43,548 nt of DNA, taken from IMG/VR virus record IMGVR_UViG_3300026187_000029, positions 1 through 43,548 of that record; one strand, 5' to 3'. Made by a program: the position numbers and the translations under genes. Source of the DNA: a virus (lineage: Duplodnaviria; Caudoviricetes). Below the pieces are notes generated by a model, which saw only the letters and a list, made by a program, of their open reading frames with translations, ran no database searches and was not told the DNA's origin. Below, one piece after another: positions 1 through 8,161 of the stretch. Position 1 is the stretch's first letter; the number at the start of each line of letters is the position of its first letter.

Positions 1-192
1 GCTGGCTCAACTGCTATTGGCCGAAGCAAGAATGCTTTGGACGCTAGCTCAATCGCAACCACCAACACGTTCCCGCTTCGTATCATCGACTTTGTGGACG
101 GTCCTAACAGTGCGGTAGGTGATTCGTTCACCGACTGCGTTGTAACGTACCTCCCCTTGAGTCATGCCTACGAAACGGCACTTGGCGTTTAA
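1..192 (+). CDS. 3' end of a virion gene upstream of the capsid (probable head decoration/cement-type protein), truncated by the window edge
   Basis: Frame 1 is open from base 1 (AGSTAIGRSKNALDASSIATTNTFPLRIIDFVDGP...LGV) to TAA at 190-192; lies directly before the capsid gene. Confidence 0.7.
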   Translation, partial: AGSTAIGRSKNALDASSIATTNTFPLRIIDFVDGPNSAVGDSFTDCVVTYLPLSHAYETALGV

Positions 193-205
193 GGAGATTT
201 AGGTA

Positions 206-1114
206 ATGGCTATTTCACGCGCACAAATGCTGAAAGAACTGCTCCCCGGCCTTAACGCTTTGTTTGGGTTGGAGTACGAGCGGTACGATGACGAACACAC
301 GATGATTTACGAAACTGAATCATCCGAGCGTTCGTTTGAAGAAGAAGTGAAGTTGTCCGGCTTTGGTGCCGCACCAGTTAAAGCTGAAGGCGCGGCCATC
401 AGCTATGACTCGGCGCAGGAGTCGTTCACTGCTCGCTATAACCACGAAACCATTGCCCTTGGCTTCTCCATCACTGAAGAAGCCATGGAAGATAACCTGT
501 ATGACTCTCTGTCTGCTCGTTACACCAAGGCGCTGGCTCGGGCTATGGCTCACACCAAGCAGGTCAAAGCGGCTAACCCGCTTAACGACGGCTTCACGTC
601 TTACAACTCTGGTGACGGCGTAACGCTGTTCAGCACGGCTCACCCACTGGTAAACGGTGGCACTAACGCTAACCGTCCTACCGTTGCGGCTGATCTGAAC
701 GAAACCTCATTGGAAGATGCTGTGATTAACATCGCCGCATTCACCGATGAGCGTGGACTGCTGATCGCGGCCCGACCCCGTCGTTTGATCGTTCCACCCG
801 CACTTCAGTTTGTAGCAACTCGTTTGCTTGAGACTGAAGGTCGAGTTGGCACGGCTGACAACGACATCAACGCCCTTCGCAACAACGGTTCGATCCCAGA
901 AGGCTATTCTGTCAACCACTTCCTGACAGACACCAACGCCTTCTTCATCATTACCGATGTACCGAACGGAATGAAGCACTTCAACCGTACTGCGTTGGAG
1001 ACTTCAATGGACGGCGACTTTGACACCGGCAATGTCCGGTACAAGGCTCGTGAGCGATACAGCTTCGGCGTATCCGATCCGCTGGGAATCTACGGCTCGC
1101 CCGGAACTTCCTAA
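206..1114 (+). CDS. major capsid protein (Mu gpT-like, HK97 fold)
   Basis: 302 aa, MAISRAQMLKELLPGLNALFG...DFDTGNVRYKARERYSFGVSDP typical of this capsid family; SD AAGGAG at 191-196; followed by a terminator. Confidence 0.9.
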   Translation: MAISRAQMLKELLPGLNALFGLEYERYDDEHTMIYETESSERSFEEEVKLSGFGAAPVKAEGAAISYDSAQESFTARYNHETIALGFSITEEAMEDNLYDSLSARYTKALARAMAHTKQVKAANPLNDGFTSYNSGDGVTLFSTAHPLVNGGTNANRPTVAADLNETSLEDAVINIAAFTDERGLLIAARPRRLIVPPALQFVATRLLETEGRVGTADNDINALRNNGSIPEGYSVNHFLTDTNAFFIITDVPNGMKHFNRTALETSMDGDFDTGNVRYKARERYSFGVSDPLGIYGSPGTS

Positions 1115-1120
1115 TAGTAC

Positions 1121-1143
1121 GGGGGCTTCGGCCCCCTTTCTTT
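1121..1143 (+). terminator. rho-independent terminator after the capsid gene
   Basis: GGGGGC-TTCG-GCCCCC followed by TTTCTTT. Confidence 0.85.
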
Positions 1144-1153
1144 CCTGACTAAT

Positions 1154-1169
1154 TGTTCCACATGGAACA
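1154..1169. promoter_or_regulatory. parS-like 16-bp palindrome
   Basis: TGTTCCACATGGAACA, one mismatch to the canonical parS TGTTCCACGTGGAACA; intergenic. Confidence 0.6.
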
Positions 1170-1198
1170 TTAGACACTAGCCAAGACAGGAGAACCTC

Positions 1199-1414
1199 AT
1201 GGCCAACACTACTTTCAACGGACCCGTCCGCTCAGAGGGCGGCTTCAAGGAAATCACCAAGAATGCCACGACTGGCGCTGTTACTGAAAACATCTCCATC
1301 ACTCACGATGGAACCAACAGCGTGGTCATTATCAAAGACCTGCCCACGTCTGACCCTAGCGTTGCCGGACAGCTTTGGAGCAATTCTGGCGTAGTCACCG
1401 TATCTGCCGGTTAA
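1199..1414 (+). CDS. small virion protein
   Basis: 71 aa, MANTTFNGPVRS N-terminus and LPTSDP..AGQLW motif of phage structural proteins; SD AGGAG at 1188-1192. Confidence 0.75.
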   Translation: MANTTFNGPVRSEGGFKEITKNATTGAVTENISITHDGTNSVVIIKDLPTSDPSVAGQLWSNSGVVTVSAG

Positions 1415-1420
1415 TGAATA

Positions 1421-1439
1421 GGGGGCTAGCGCCCCCGTT
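1421..1439 (+). terminator. GC hairpin, weak terminator or processing site
   Basis: GGGGGC-TAGC-GCCCCC with a poor U-tract (GTTAT). Confidence 0.5.
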
Positions 1440-1453
1440 ATCTGGAGGAGAAT

Positions 1454-1861
1454 ATGGCTGACACAGTTACCAGTCAGACTATTGAAGACGGTCCCCGCAC
1501 TGCAATCCTAGCATTCACAAACGTCAGCGATGGAACCGGCGAGTCCGCCGTGACCAAAATCGACGTGTCCGCTCTTTCAAACAACCCCGTTGATGATGGC
1601 GCATGCACCAGCGTAAACATTGAGCGCGTTTGGTACTCAACCATTGGCATGGGCGTTGAGATTTTGTTTGACGCAACGGCTGACGTTTTGGCGTGGGAGC
1701 TTCCTGCTGACTATTCAGACTCACTGGACTTTTCTTCTTTTACAGGCATCCGCAACAATGCTGGCGCCGGTAAGACGGGCGATATTAAGTTCACAACTGT
1801 AGGCCACACGCTGGGCGACTCTTACACAATCGTCCTGCAAGTGAAAAAGAACTACGGCTGA
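1454..1861 (+). CDS. virion structural protein
   Basis: 135 aa beta-rich acidic ORF, SD GGAGGAG, located in the head operon. Confidence 0.75.
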   Translation: MADTVTSQTIEDGPRTAILAFTNVSDGTGESAVTKIDVSALSNNPVDDGACTSVNIERVWYSTIGMGVEILFDATADVLAWELPADYSDSLDFSSFTGIRNNAGAGKTGDIKFTTVGHTLGDSYTIVLQVKKNYG

Positions 1862-2064
1862 TGAGACAGTACTACGCAAAGGGGGGCAAGACGAAATCCC
1901 GTGTCAATGAAGCTGGAAATTACACTAAGCCCTCCTTGCGTAAGCGCCTGTTCAATAAAATCAAGGCAGGCGGCAAGGGCGGTAAGCCCGGACAGTGGTC
2001 TGCTAGAAAAGCACAGATGCTCGCCAAACAATACAAAGATGCGGGCGGAGGCTACAAAGACTGA
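1861..2064 (+). CDS. small basic protein (resembles the N-terminal part of DUF5872)
   Basis: 67 aa, K/R-rich, GGKPGQWSARKAQ motif; TGATG coupling. Confidence 0.7.
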   Translation: MRQYYAKGGKTKSRVNEAGNYTKPSLRKRLFNKIKAGGKGGKPGQWSARKAQMLAKQYKDAGGGYKD

Positions 2065-2318
2065 TGGCGCTCAAAAAGCCACAAAAGTCCCTCAAGAAAT
2101 GGACAAAACAGAAGTGGCGCACCAAGTCGGGCAAGCCCAGCACCCAAGGCTCGAAAGCAACGGGAGAAAGGTATTTGCCTGAAAAGGCGATTAAATCGCT
2201 ATCCGACAAGGAATATGCCGCTACCACCCGCAAGAAGCGGGCGGACACCAAGAAGGGCAAACAGCATTCTAGCCAGCCCAAGAAGGTGTCTAAAAAGACA
2301 GCGAGGCACCGCAAGTAA
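2064..2318 (+). CDS. small basic protein (resembles the C-terminal part of DUF5872)
   Basis: 84 aa, QKSLKKWTKQKW...RYLPEKA motif; TGATG coupling. Confidence 0.7.
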   Translation: MALKKPQKSLKKWTKQKWRTKSGKPSTQGSKATGERYLPEKAIKSLSDKEYAATTRKKRADTKKGKQHSSQPKKVSKKTARHRK

Positions 2319-2632
2319 TGCGACTTTACTACAAGAAAGGTGGTCGCGTTGACAAGGGCGCGATGGCATGCAACAAGCCAAAGCGGACTCCGGGCCACTC
2401 TAAGAAATCGCACATCGTCAAGGCGTGCGAGGGCGGCAAGGAAAAGATTATTCGCTTTGGACAGCAAGGCGTAAAGACGAACCAGACGGTTGGTCAGCGC
2501 AAGGCGTTCAAGTCTCGTCATGCGAAGAATATCAAGCGCGGCAAGATGTCTGCGGCTTACTGGGCGGACAAGGTCAAGTGGAGCCCAAGCAAGACCAAGT
2601 CAAAGTCCACTAAGTGGAAGAAGGGTAGCTAG
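2318..2632 (+). CDS. small basic protein (DUF5754-like)
   Basis: 104 aa, KIIRFGQQG...RKAFKSRH...SAAYWA. Confidence 0.65.
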   Translation: MRLYYKKGGRVDKGAMACNKPKRTPGHSKKSHIVKACEGGKEKIIRFGQQGVKTNQTVGQRKAFKSRHAKNIKRGKMSAAYWADKVKWSPSKTKSKSTKWKKGS

Positions 2633-2905
2633 ATGACCATTAGTAGGGCGCAGGCCGCACAGCAGACAAGGAACGCTCCGGCCTCTCGGAAGGTAGAGAA
2701 GGTCATGAAAGAGTTCAAGTCTGGCAAGCTCAAGTCTGGCGGCTCTGGTAAAAAAGTGACCAACAAAAAACAGGCTGTTGCTATCGCGCTGTCCGAAGCG
2801 GGATTGAGCAAGCCAAAGAAAGCGGCGCATGGCGGGCAAATGCCAAAGGCCAAGTGCCGGAACGGCATTGCTGTTCGGGGCAGGACTAGGGGAAGGATGG
2901 TCTGA
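2633..2905 (+). CDS. small basic protein (DUF6496-like)
   Basis: 90 aa, KVEKVMKEFKSGKLKSG...KQAVAIALSEA. Confidence 0.7.
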   Translation: MTISRAQAAQQTRNAPASRKVEKVMKEFKSGKLKSGGSGKKVTNKKQAVAIALSEAGLSKPKKAAHGGQMPKAKCRNGIAVRGRTRGRMV

Positions 2906-3600
2906 TGGCTACCAGCGGAACGACAAACTTCACGCTAGACCTTGCCGACATTTTTGAGGAAGCGTTTGAGCGTGCAGGATCTGAGCTACGAAGCGGCTAT
3001 GACTACAAGACCGCCCGTAGGAGCTTGGATTTGCTCATGCTTGAGTGGCAGAACCGTGGTCTTAACTTGTGGACAGTAAGGGATGCAACCCAGACGCTGA
3101 CCGCAGGCACAGCGTCGTATGACCTGACTTCGGAGAAGCAAGATATCATCGAGGGTCTGTTGCGTACCGACGCAGGGGACACCTCTAAGCAGTCCGACCT
3201 GACCATGCAGAGAATCTCGGTGAGCCAGTACGCGCACCAGACCAACAAGCTGACTCAGGGCAGGCCGCTACAGTATTACGTTGAGCGCAAGCCGACAGGG
3301 TTGACGATCCACTTCTGGCCCGTGCCAGACGCAACAACAACTTACACGTTTGCGTATTACTACTTAGATCGCATCGAGGACACTGGAAAGCCAGCGTCCA
3401 ATAACATGGATGTGCCAGCCAGATACCTGCCTTGCATGGTTGCTGGGCTGGCGTATCAGATAGCCAGCAAAAAGCCAGAGTCTATGGGGATAGCCCCGGC
3501 CCTCAAAGAGGTCTATGAGGAGCAGTGGAATTTGGCGGCGGATGCCTCTAGGGAGAAAGCATCGCTTTACATGGCTCCCGGTGGATATAACAATTTATGA
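2905..3600 (+). CDS. head-tail adaptor-like virion protein
   Basis: 231 aa, MATSGTT..., G.P.QYY, WPVPD, P.RY...V.GLAY motifs typical of adaptor proteins. Confidence 0.7.
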   Translation: MATSGTTNFTLDLADIFEEAFERAGSELRSGYDYKTARRSLDLLMLEWQNRGLNLWTVRDATQTLTAGTASYDLTSEKQDIIEGLLRTDAGDTSKQSDLTMQRISVSQYAHQTNKLTQGRPLQYYVERKPTGLTIHFWPVPDATTTYTFAYYYLDRIEDTGKPASNNMDVPARYLPCMVAGLAYQIASKKPESMGIAPALKEVYEEQWNLAADASREKASLYMAPGGYNNL

Positions 3601-3941
3601 GTAGCTACGCCAAGGGCTCCAAGGCGTTTGGGTTTTGTGACCGGACTGGATTCCGTTACCCCCTGCGCGACTTGGTCAGACAGATTGAGGATGGCCGCTG
3701 GAACGGCCTGCTAGTTGGCAGGGACGTTGTTGATCAGGATCAGCCTCAACTAAAGCTGGGGGATGTCAATGCGAATGATCCGCAAGCTCTTCGGTTTCCG
3801 AGGCCTGATAACAGCCTCGACGAAAGCCGTGCGCTTTCTGCGTTCGATCCTGTCGGGGGAGGCAATACGGCGCTTGGAAGCCGAACTGTCGGCCTTGACA
3901 TGGCGGGTGTTGTTGGGCGCGTAACGGTGGAGACATCCTGA
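3597..3941 (+). CDS. conserved phage protein
   Basis: 114 aa, CDRTGFRYP and DPQALRFPRPD motifs; ATGA overlap. Confidence 0.7.
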   Translation: MSSYAKGSKAFGFCDRTGFRYPLRDLVRQIEDGRWNGLLVGRDVVDQDQPQLKLGDVNANDPQALRFPRPDNSLDESRALSAFDPVGGGNTALGSRTVGLDMAGVVGRVTVETS

Positions 3942-4582
3942 TGGCGTTTACTTACACCACGCTAAAGCAGGCCATACAGGACTACATGGAGTCCAATGAG
4001 ACCAGCTTTGTAAACAACCTGCCGACCATTATTCAGCAGGCGGAAGACAAAATACTCAAGACCGTACAGTTGCCAGACTTCAGGAAAAACGTGTCCGGAT
4101 CGGTGGCAAGCGGCAATCAGTATCTGGTTATGCCGTCAGATTTTCTGACCCCCTACTCGCTGGCTATAGACAACTCGGGCTTTGAGTATCTGATATTTAA
4201 AGACGTAAACTTTATACGTCAGGCGTATCCGCTGACGACAACGCAAGGGGCGCCCAAGTATTACGGCATATTTAGCCGCACCGCGTTTATCCTCGGCCCT
4301 ACCCCAGACTCTGCATACGATGCAGAACTGCACTACTTCCACAAGCCAACTTCAATCACAGCGTCCGCTGACGGCACAAGTTGGCTAGGCACTAACGCCG
4401 AGTCCACACTGCTTTACGGATGTCTTGTCGAGGCATACACCTACCTCAAGGGCGACCCAGACCTAATGCAAACATACACGCAAAGGTATCTGGAGGCGCT
4501 GAGCAAGCTGGAGGAGTTGGGCGAAGGCTACAGCACAACAGACAGTTACCGTAGCGGAGAAGTAAGGAAGCCTAGGGCATGA
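3941..4582 (+). CDS. head-tail adaptor / tail tubular protein A-like
   Basis: 213 aa, G.PKYY, PTPD..Y, LLYGCL.EA motifs. Confidence 0.7.
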   Translation: MAFTYTTLKQAIQDYMESNETSFVNNLPTIIQQAEDKILKTVQLPDFRKNVSGSVASGNQYLVMPSDFLTPYSLAIDNSGFEYLIFKDVNFIRQAYPLTTTQGAPKYYGIFSRTAFILGPTPDSAYDAELHYFHKPTSITASADGTSWLGTNAESTLLYGCLVEAYTYLKGDPDLMQTYTQRYLEALSKLEELGEGYSTTDSYRSGEVRKPRA

Positions 4583-4869
4583 TTAGTGTTAGCACCACGA
4601 TGGACGTGGGTAGCGTCCTTGTTGAGACAACGGACAGAAGGGGTTTTACCCCAGAAGAGATTGCCGAGAGATGCTTAAACAGGGTCGTCTCGGTTGCCGA
4701 TACTGCGATGCCTGAGGTTCAGGCTCAAGCGCAGGCATTCAAGGATCAGATTAGGGCGGTCCTTGTTTTTTACATGAAAGAGGCCGCGAAAAGCGACCGA
4801 ACCACTGTGTATAACGCCCTCTTGGATGCTGGGCAAAAAGACTTAGCCGAACTTATCAGGAGAATGTGA
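4579..4869 (+). CDS. hypothetical phage protein
   Basis: 96 aa ORF, translationally coupled within the virion operon. Confidence 0.65.
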   Translation: MISVSTTMDVGSVLVETTDRRGFTPEEIAERCLNRVVSVADTAMPEVQAQAQAFKDQIRAVLVFYMKEAAKSDRTTVYNALLDAGQKDLAELIRRM

Positions 4870-4870
4870 T

Positions 4871-5317
4871 ATGGCTTTTAGCGGAAACTACATGTGTACC
4901 TCATTCAAGCAAGAGTTGCTTGTAGGCTCACACAACTTCACTGCCGGCACCGGAGATACCTTCAAGCTGGCTATGTATGACAACAATGCGAGCTTTACGG
5001 CGTCTACCACTGACTACACCGCAACCAATGAGGTGAGCGGTACGGGTTATACGGCGGGCGGCGGTACGCTTACCAATGTTACTCCTACCACGTCAGGAAC
5101 AACGGCGCTGACTGACTTCGCCGACTTGACGTTTAGCTCGTCAACGATCACTGCTCGCGGTGCGTTGATTTACAACACCACCACGGCTGGCGGCACAGGT
5201 ACTACGGACACGGTTGTCGTTCTGGACTTTGGTTCTGACAAGTCATCCAGTGCGGGCGACTTCACCATTGTGTTCCCAACTGCTGACGCATCTAACGCTA
5301 TTATTCGGATTGCATAA
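4871..5317 (+). CDS. virion structural protein
   Basis: 148 aa, SFKQELL...NEVSGTGYTAGG...ARGALIYN family motif. Confidence 0.75.
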   Translation: MAFSGNYMCTSFKQELLVGSHNFTAGTGDTFKLAMYDNNASFTASTTDYTATNEVSGTGYTAGGGTLTNVTPTTSGTTALTDFADLTFSSSTITARGALIYNTTTAGGTGTTDTVVVLDFGSDKSSSAGDFTIVFPTADASNAIIRIA

Positions 5318-5319
5318 TC

Positions 5320-5790
5320 ATGGCTCTGGTCGTTGCTGATCGCGTAAAAGAAACCACCACCACGACAGGCACGGGGGCGATTTCGCTTGCCGGAGCAGAG
5401 GCGAATTTTATTGCGTTCTCAGCGGCCCTGTCAGATGGTGACACAACCTACTACGCCATTATCGATAATGTGAATCAAGCCTACGAAGTGGGCCTTGGCA
5501 CATACACGGCGGGTGGGAACACGCTGGCCCGGACGACAGTGCTGGCCAGTTCAAATGGCGGATCTGCTGTTAACTTTTCAGCAGGAAGCAAAGATGTATT
5601 TATCAATTACCCTGCGGATAAGTCGGTATATCTGGACGACTCCAATCAACTTGTTATCAATAGCACGGCGGTTACCGCAACAGCCGCAGAGCTTAATTTT
5701 GTTGATGGCGTAACGTCCAACATTCAAACCCAGCTTGATGTAAAGGCAAGCACCGGAAAGGCCATCGCAATGGCCATTGTGTTCGGATAG
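5320..5790 (+). CDS. tail fibre-associated protein
   Basis: 156 aa, DRVKETTTTTGTG N-terminus, TAAELN..DGVTSNIQTQL repeat, KAIAMAIVFG C-terminus. Confidence 0.7.
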   Translation: MALVVADRVKETTTTTGTGAISLAGAEANFIAFSAALSDGDTTYYAIIDNVNQAYEVGLGTYTAGGNTLARTTVLASSNGGSAVNFSAGSKDVFINYPADKSVYLDDSNQLVINSTAVTATAAELNFVDGVTSNIQTQLDVKASTGKAIAMAIVFG

Positions 5791-5800
5791 GAGATAAATA

Positions 5801-6175
5801 ATGGCCGCACCAAACATTGTAAACGTATCGACAATTACGGGTAAGTCGTTTTACCTCGCATTGTCCACTACAAGCGCAACAGAGCTTGTCAGTAATGCCG
5901 CTTCTAGCGGAAAGGTATTCAAGATCAACATGATCCAAGTGGCTAACGTCGATGGCGCTAACGCTTGCGACGTGACCGTGGATTATCACACTGCGGCGGC
6001 GGCTGGAGGAACGGCATACTCGCTGGTTTCTACCGTGTCCGTTCCAGCAGATGCTTCACTGGTTGTACTGGATAAAAACACCGCGATGTATCTTGAAGAA
6101 GACCGCTCTATCTCGGTCACGGCTGGCACTGCCAACGATCTTGAAGTTCTCGTTAGCTACGAAGAAATCAGCTAA
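5801..6175 (+). CDS. virion structural protein
   Basis: 124 aa, MAAPNIVNV...VANVDG...YLEE...SYEEIS; SD AGGAG. Confidence 0.7.
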   Translation: MAAPNIVNVSTITGKSFYLALSTTSATELVSNAASSGKVFKINMIQVANVDGANACDVTVDYHTAAAAGGTAYSLVSTVSVPADASLVVLDKNTAMYLEEDRSISVTAGTANDLEVLVSYEEIS

Positions 6176-6187
6176 TAGGAGCCTTTC

Positions 6188-8161
6188 ATGGCTACAAACG
6201 ACGGCGGTTTTATTGGTCAGGACGGGCTAAACGCCCCAGACTCGCCTACTGGCGTGTCAGCTACGGCTGGTGATACCCAAGCGACCATATCGTTTACTGC
6301 GCCTTCTGATGTCGGCGGGTCGGCTATTACTGGCTACAGCGTACAGTCTGACAATGGCGATGGGACGTTCCTTTACAGTTACAGCCTTGAAAACGCGGCA
6401 TACAATTCTGTCTCTTTCGGGATAACTCAACCGCACACAGTAAGGCTTAACAACGACGGCACAAAAGCCTATTTCTTGCTGGCGACAGGCTCGGCAAGCC
6501 AATACAGCTTAACAACAGCGTATGACATAAGCACGGCAACTACTGACTCAAAATCGTTTAGTTTTACAACGCAGGACGCATCTCCGCGAGGCATAACTTT
6601 TAATGGCGACGGCACTAAGGTTTATATGGTGGGATATACAAATGCCACCGTTTATCAGTACAGCCTTAGCACCGCATTTGACATTTCAACAGCAAGCTAC
6701 GACTCGGTTAGCTTTAGCCTTTCAAGCCAAGGCACACAGCCTGACGAGATAATATTCAATAATGACGGCACTAAGTTTTACGTTTGCATGATCAACAATG
6801 AGACGGTGTTTCAGTACAGCTTGAGCAGTGCATACGACATGAGTACCGCCACTTATGATTCAGTTAGTCTCGATGTCTCAGGGCAGTCAAATAACCCAAG
6901 AGGAATTGCTTTAAACGGCGATGGCACTAAGTTTTTTGTTTTGGGCGAAGTTAACGATGCTGTTTATCAATATTCGCTAGGCACTGCTTACAGTTTAAGC
7001 GGGGCGTCTTATGACAGCGTTAGTTTCGACGTTTCGGGCCAAGTTACCCTACCAACAGGTCTTGTTTTTGGGGACAACGGCACAAAAATGTATATTGCGG
7101 GCTATAGTGCAGATAACGTCTACCAGTACACAACTGGCCTTAACACTTACCCCACCGCCTCACCCATCACAGTCACGGGCCTAACCAACGGCACAAGCTA
7201 CACGTTTAATGTATGGGCACTCAATGCGTTTGGTTGGTCTGGCCCGAGTGATGCGAGCGGGAGTGTCTCTCCTGCCCCTCCAAGAGGCATATTTGCTGGC
7301 GGCACATCTGCATCCGATACAACGACAAATGTTATTCAGTACATTGATATAAGCTCTACAGGGAACGCCACAGATTTTGGAGATTTGACCCTTGCAAGAA
7401 CTAACCTAGCAGGCGGATCAAGCTCAACCAGAGGCGTGTCTATAGCAGGAATTGTTTATCCTACAATTACTGCTCAAAACACCATTGACTATGTGACGAT
7501 TGCCAGCACTGGTAACGCTACAGATTTTGGGGATGCAACAGAAGCCTTGAACCCCAACTCAGATGCTGGCGCGGCTAACTCGACGCGATGTTTGTATACA
7601 GGAAGGAATCCAAGCGTCATCAATAAAATTGAGTACATTACGATAGCCACGACAGGAAATGGGTCAGATTTTGGAGATTTGACTTCAAACAGAGATCCTT
7701 CGGGCGCGGCATCCCCCACTAGAGCGGTATTTTGGTGCGGAGGAAACCCTGCAACCAATGTAATTGATTACGTCACGATTGCATCTACGGGCAATGCTAC
7801 GGACTTTGGCGATGCAACCTACACAATTAGTCAAGGCGGTGCGGTTTCAAGCGAGACAAGAGCTTTATGTATTGGAGGCAATGCAGGAAGTAGAACAAAC
7901 ACCATTGACTACATAACAATCGCTTCTACAGGCAACGCATTAGATTTTGGGGATCTGTCCGTTTCGCGCCGATATGGAACTGGTTGCTCATCGTCTACGA
8001 GGGGTGTTTTTGGTGGGGGTAACACCGCTACAAATACATATAGCGACATAATGGACTATGTAACGATAGCCTCTACGGGTAACGCCGCAGATTTTGGTGA
8101 TTTAACCATTGGGGTTAATAGTAATTGCGGGTTTTCATCTGATCATGGAGGGGTTCAATAA
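6188..8161 (+). CDS. tail/receptor-binding protein: split FN3 domain + 5 x ~52-aa repeats + 6 x TGNAxDFGD repeats
   Basis: 657 aa; FN3 halves (APDSPTGVSA / TVTGLTNGTSYTF.V.A.N..G); two distinct propeller-type repeat families. Confidence 0.75.
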   Translation: MATNDGGFIGQDGLNAPDSPTGVSATAGDTQATISFTAPSDVGGSAITGYSVQSDNGDGTFLYSYSLENAAYNSVSFGITQPHTVRLNNDGTKAYFLLATGSASQYSLTTAYDISTATTDSKSFSFTTQDASPRGITFNGDGTKVYMVGYTNATVYQYSLSTAFDISTASYDSVSFSLSSQGTQPDEIIFNNDGTKFYVCMINNETVFQYSLSSAYDMSTATYDSVSLDVSGQSNNPRGIALNGDGTKFFVLGEVNDAVYQYSLGTAYSLSGASYDSVSFDVSGQVTLPTGLVFGDNGTKMYIAGYSADNVYQYTTGLNTYPTASPITVTGLTNGTSYTFNVWALNAFGWSGPSDASGSVSPAPPRGIFAGGTSASDTTTNVIQYIDISSTGNATDFGDLTLARTNLAGGSSSTRGVSIAGIVYPTITAQNTIDYVTIASTGNATDFGDATEALNPNSDAGAANSTRCLYTGRNPSVINKIEYITIATTGNGSDFGDLTSNRDPSGAASPTRAVFWCGGNPATNVIDYVTIASTGNATDFGDATYTISQGGAVSSETRALCIGGNAGSRTNTIDYITIASTGNALDFGDLSVSRRYGTGCSSSTRGVFGGGNTATNTYSDIMDYVTIASTGNAADFGDLTIGVNSNCGFSSDHGGVQ

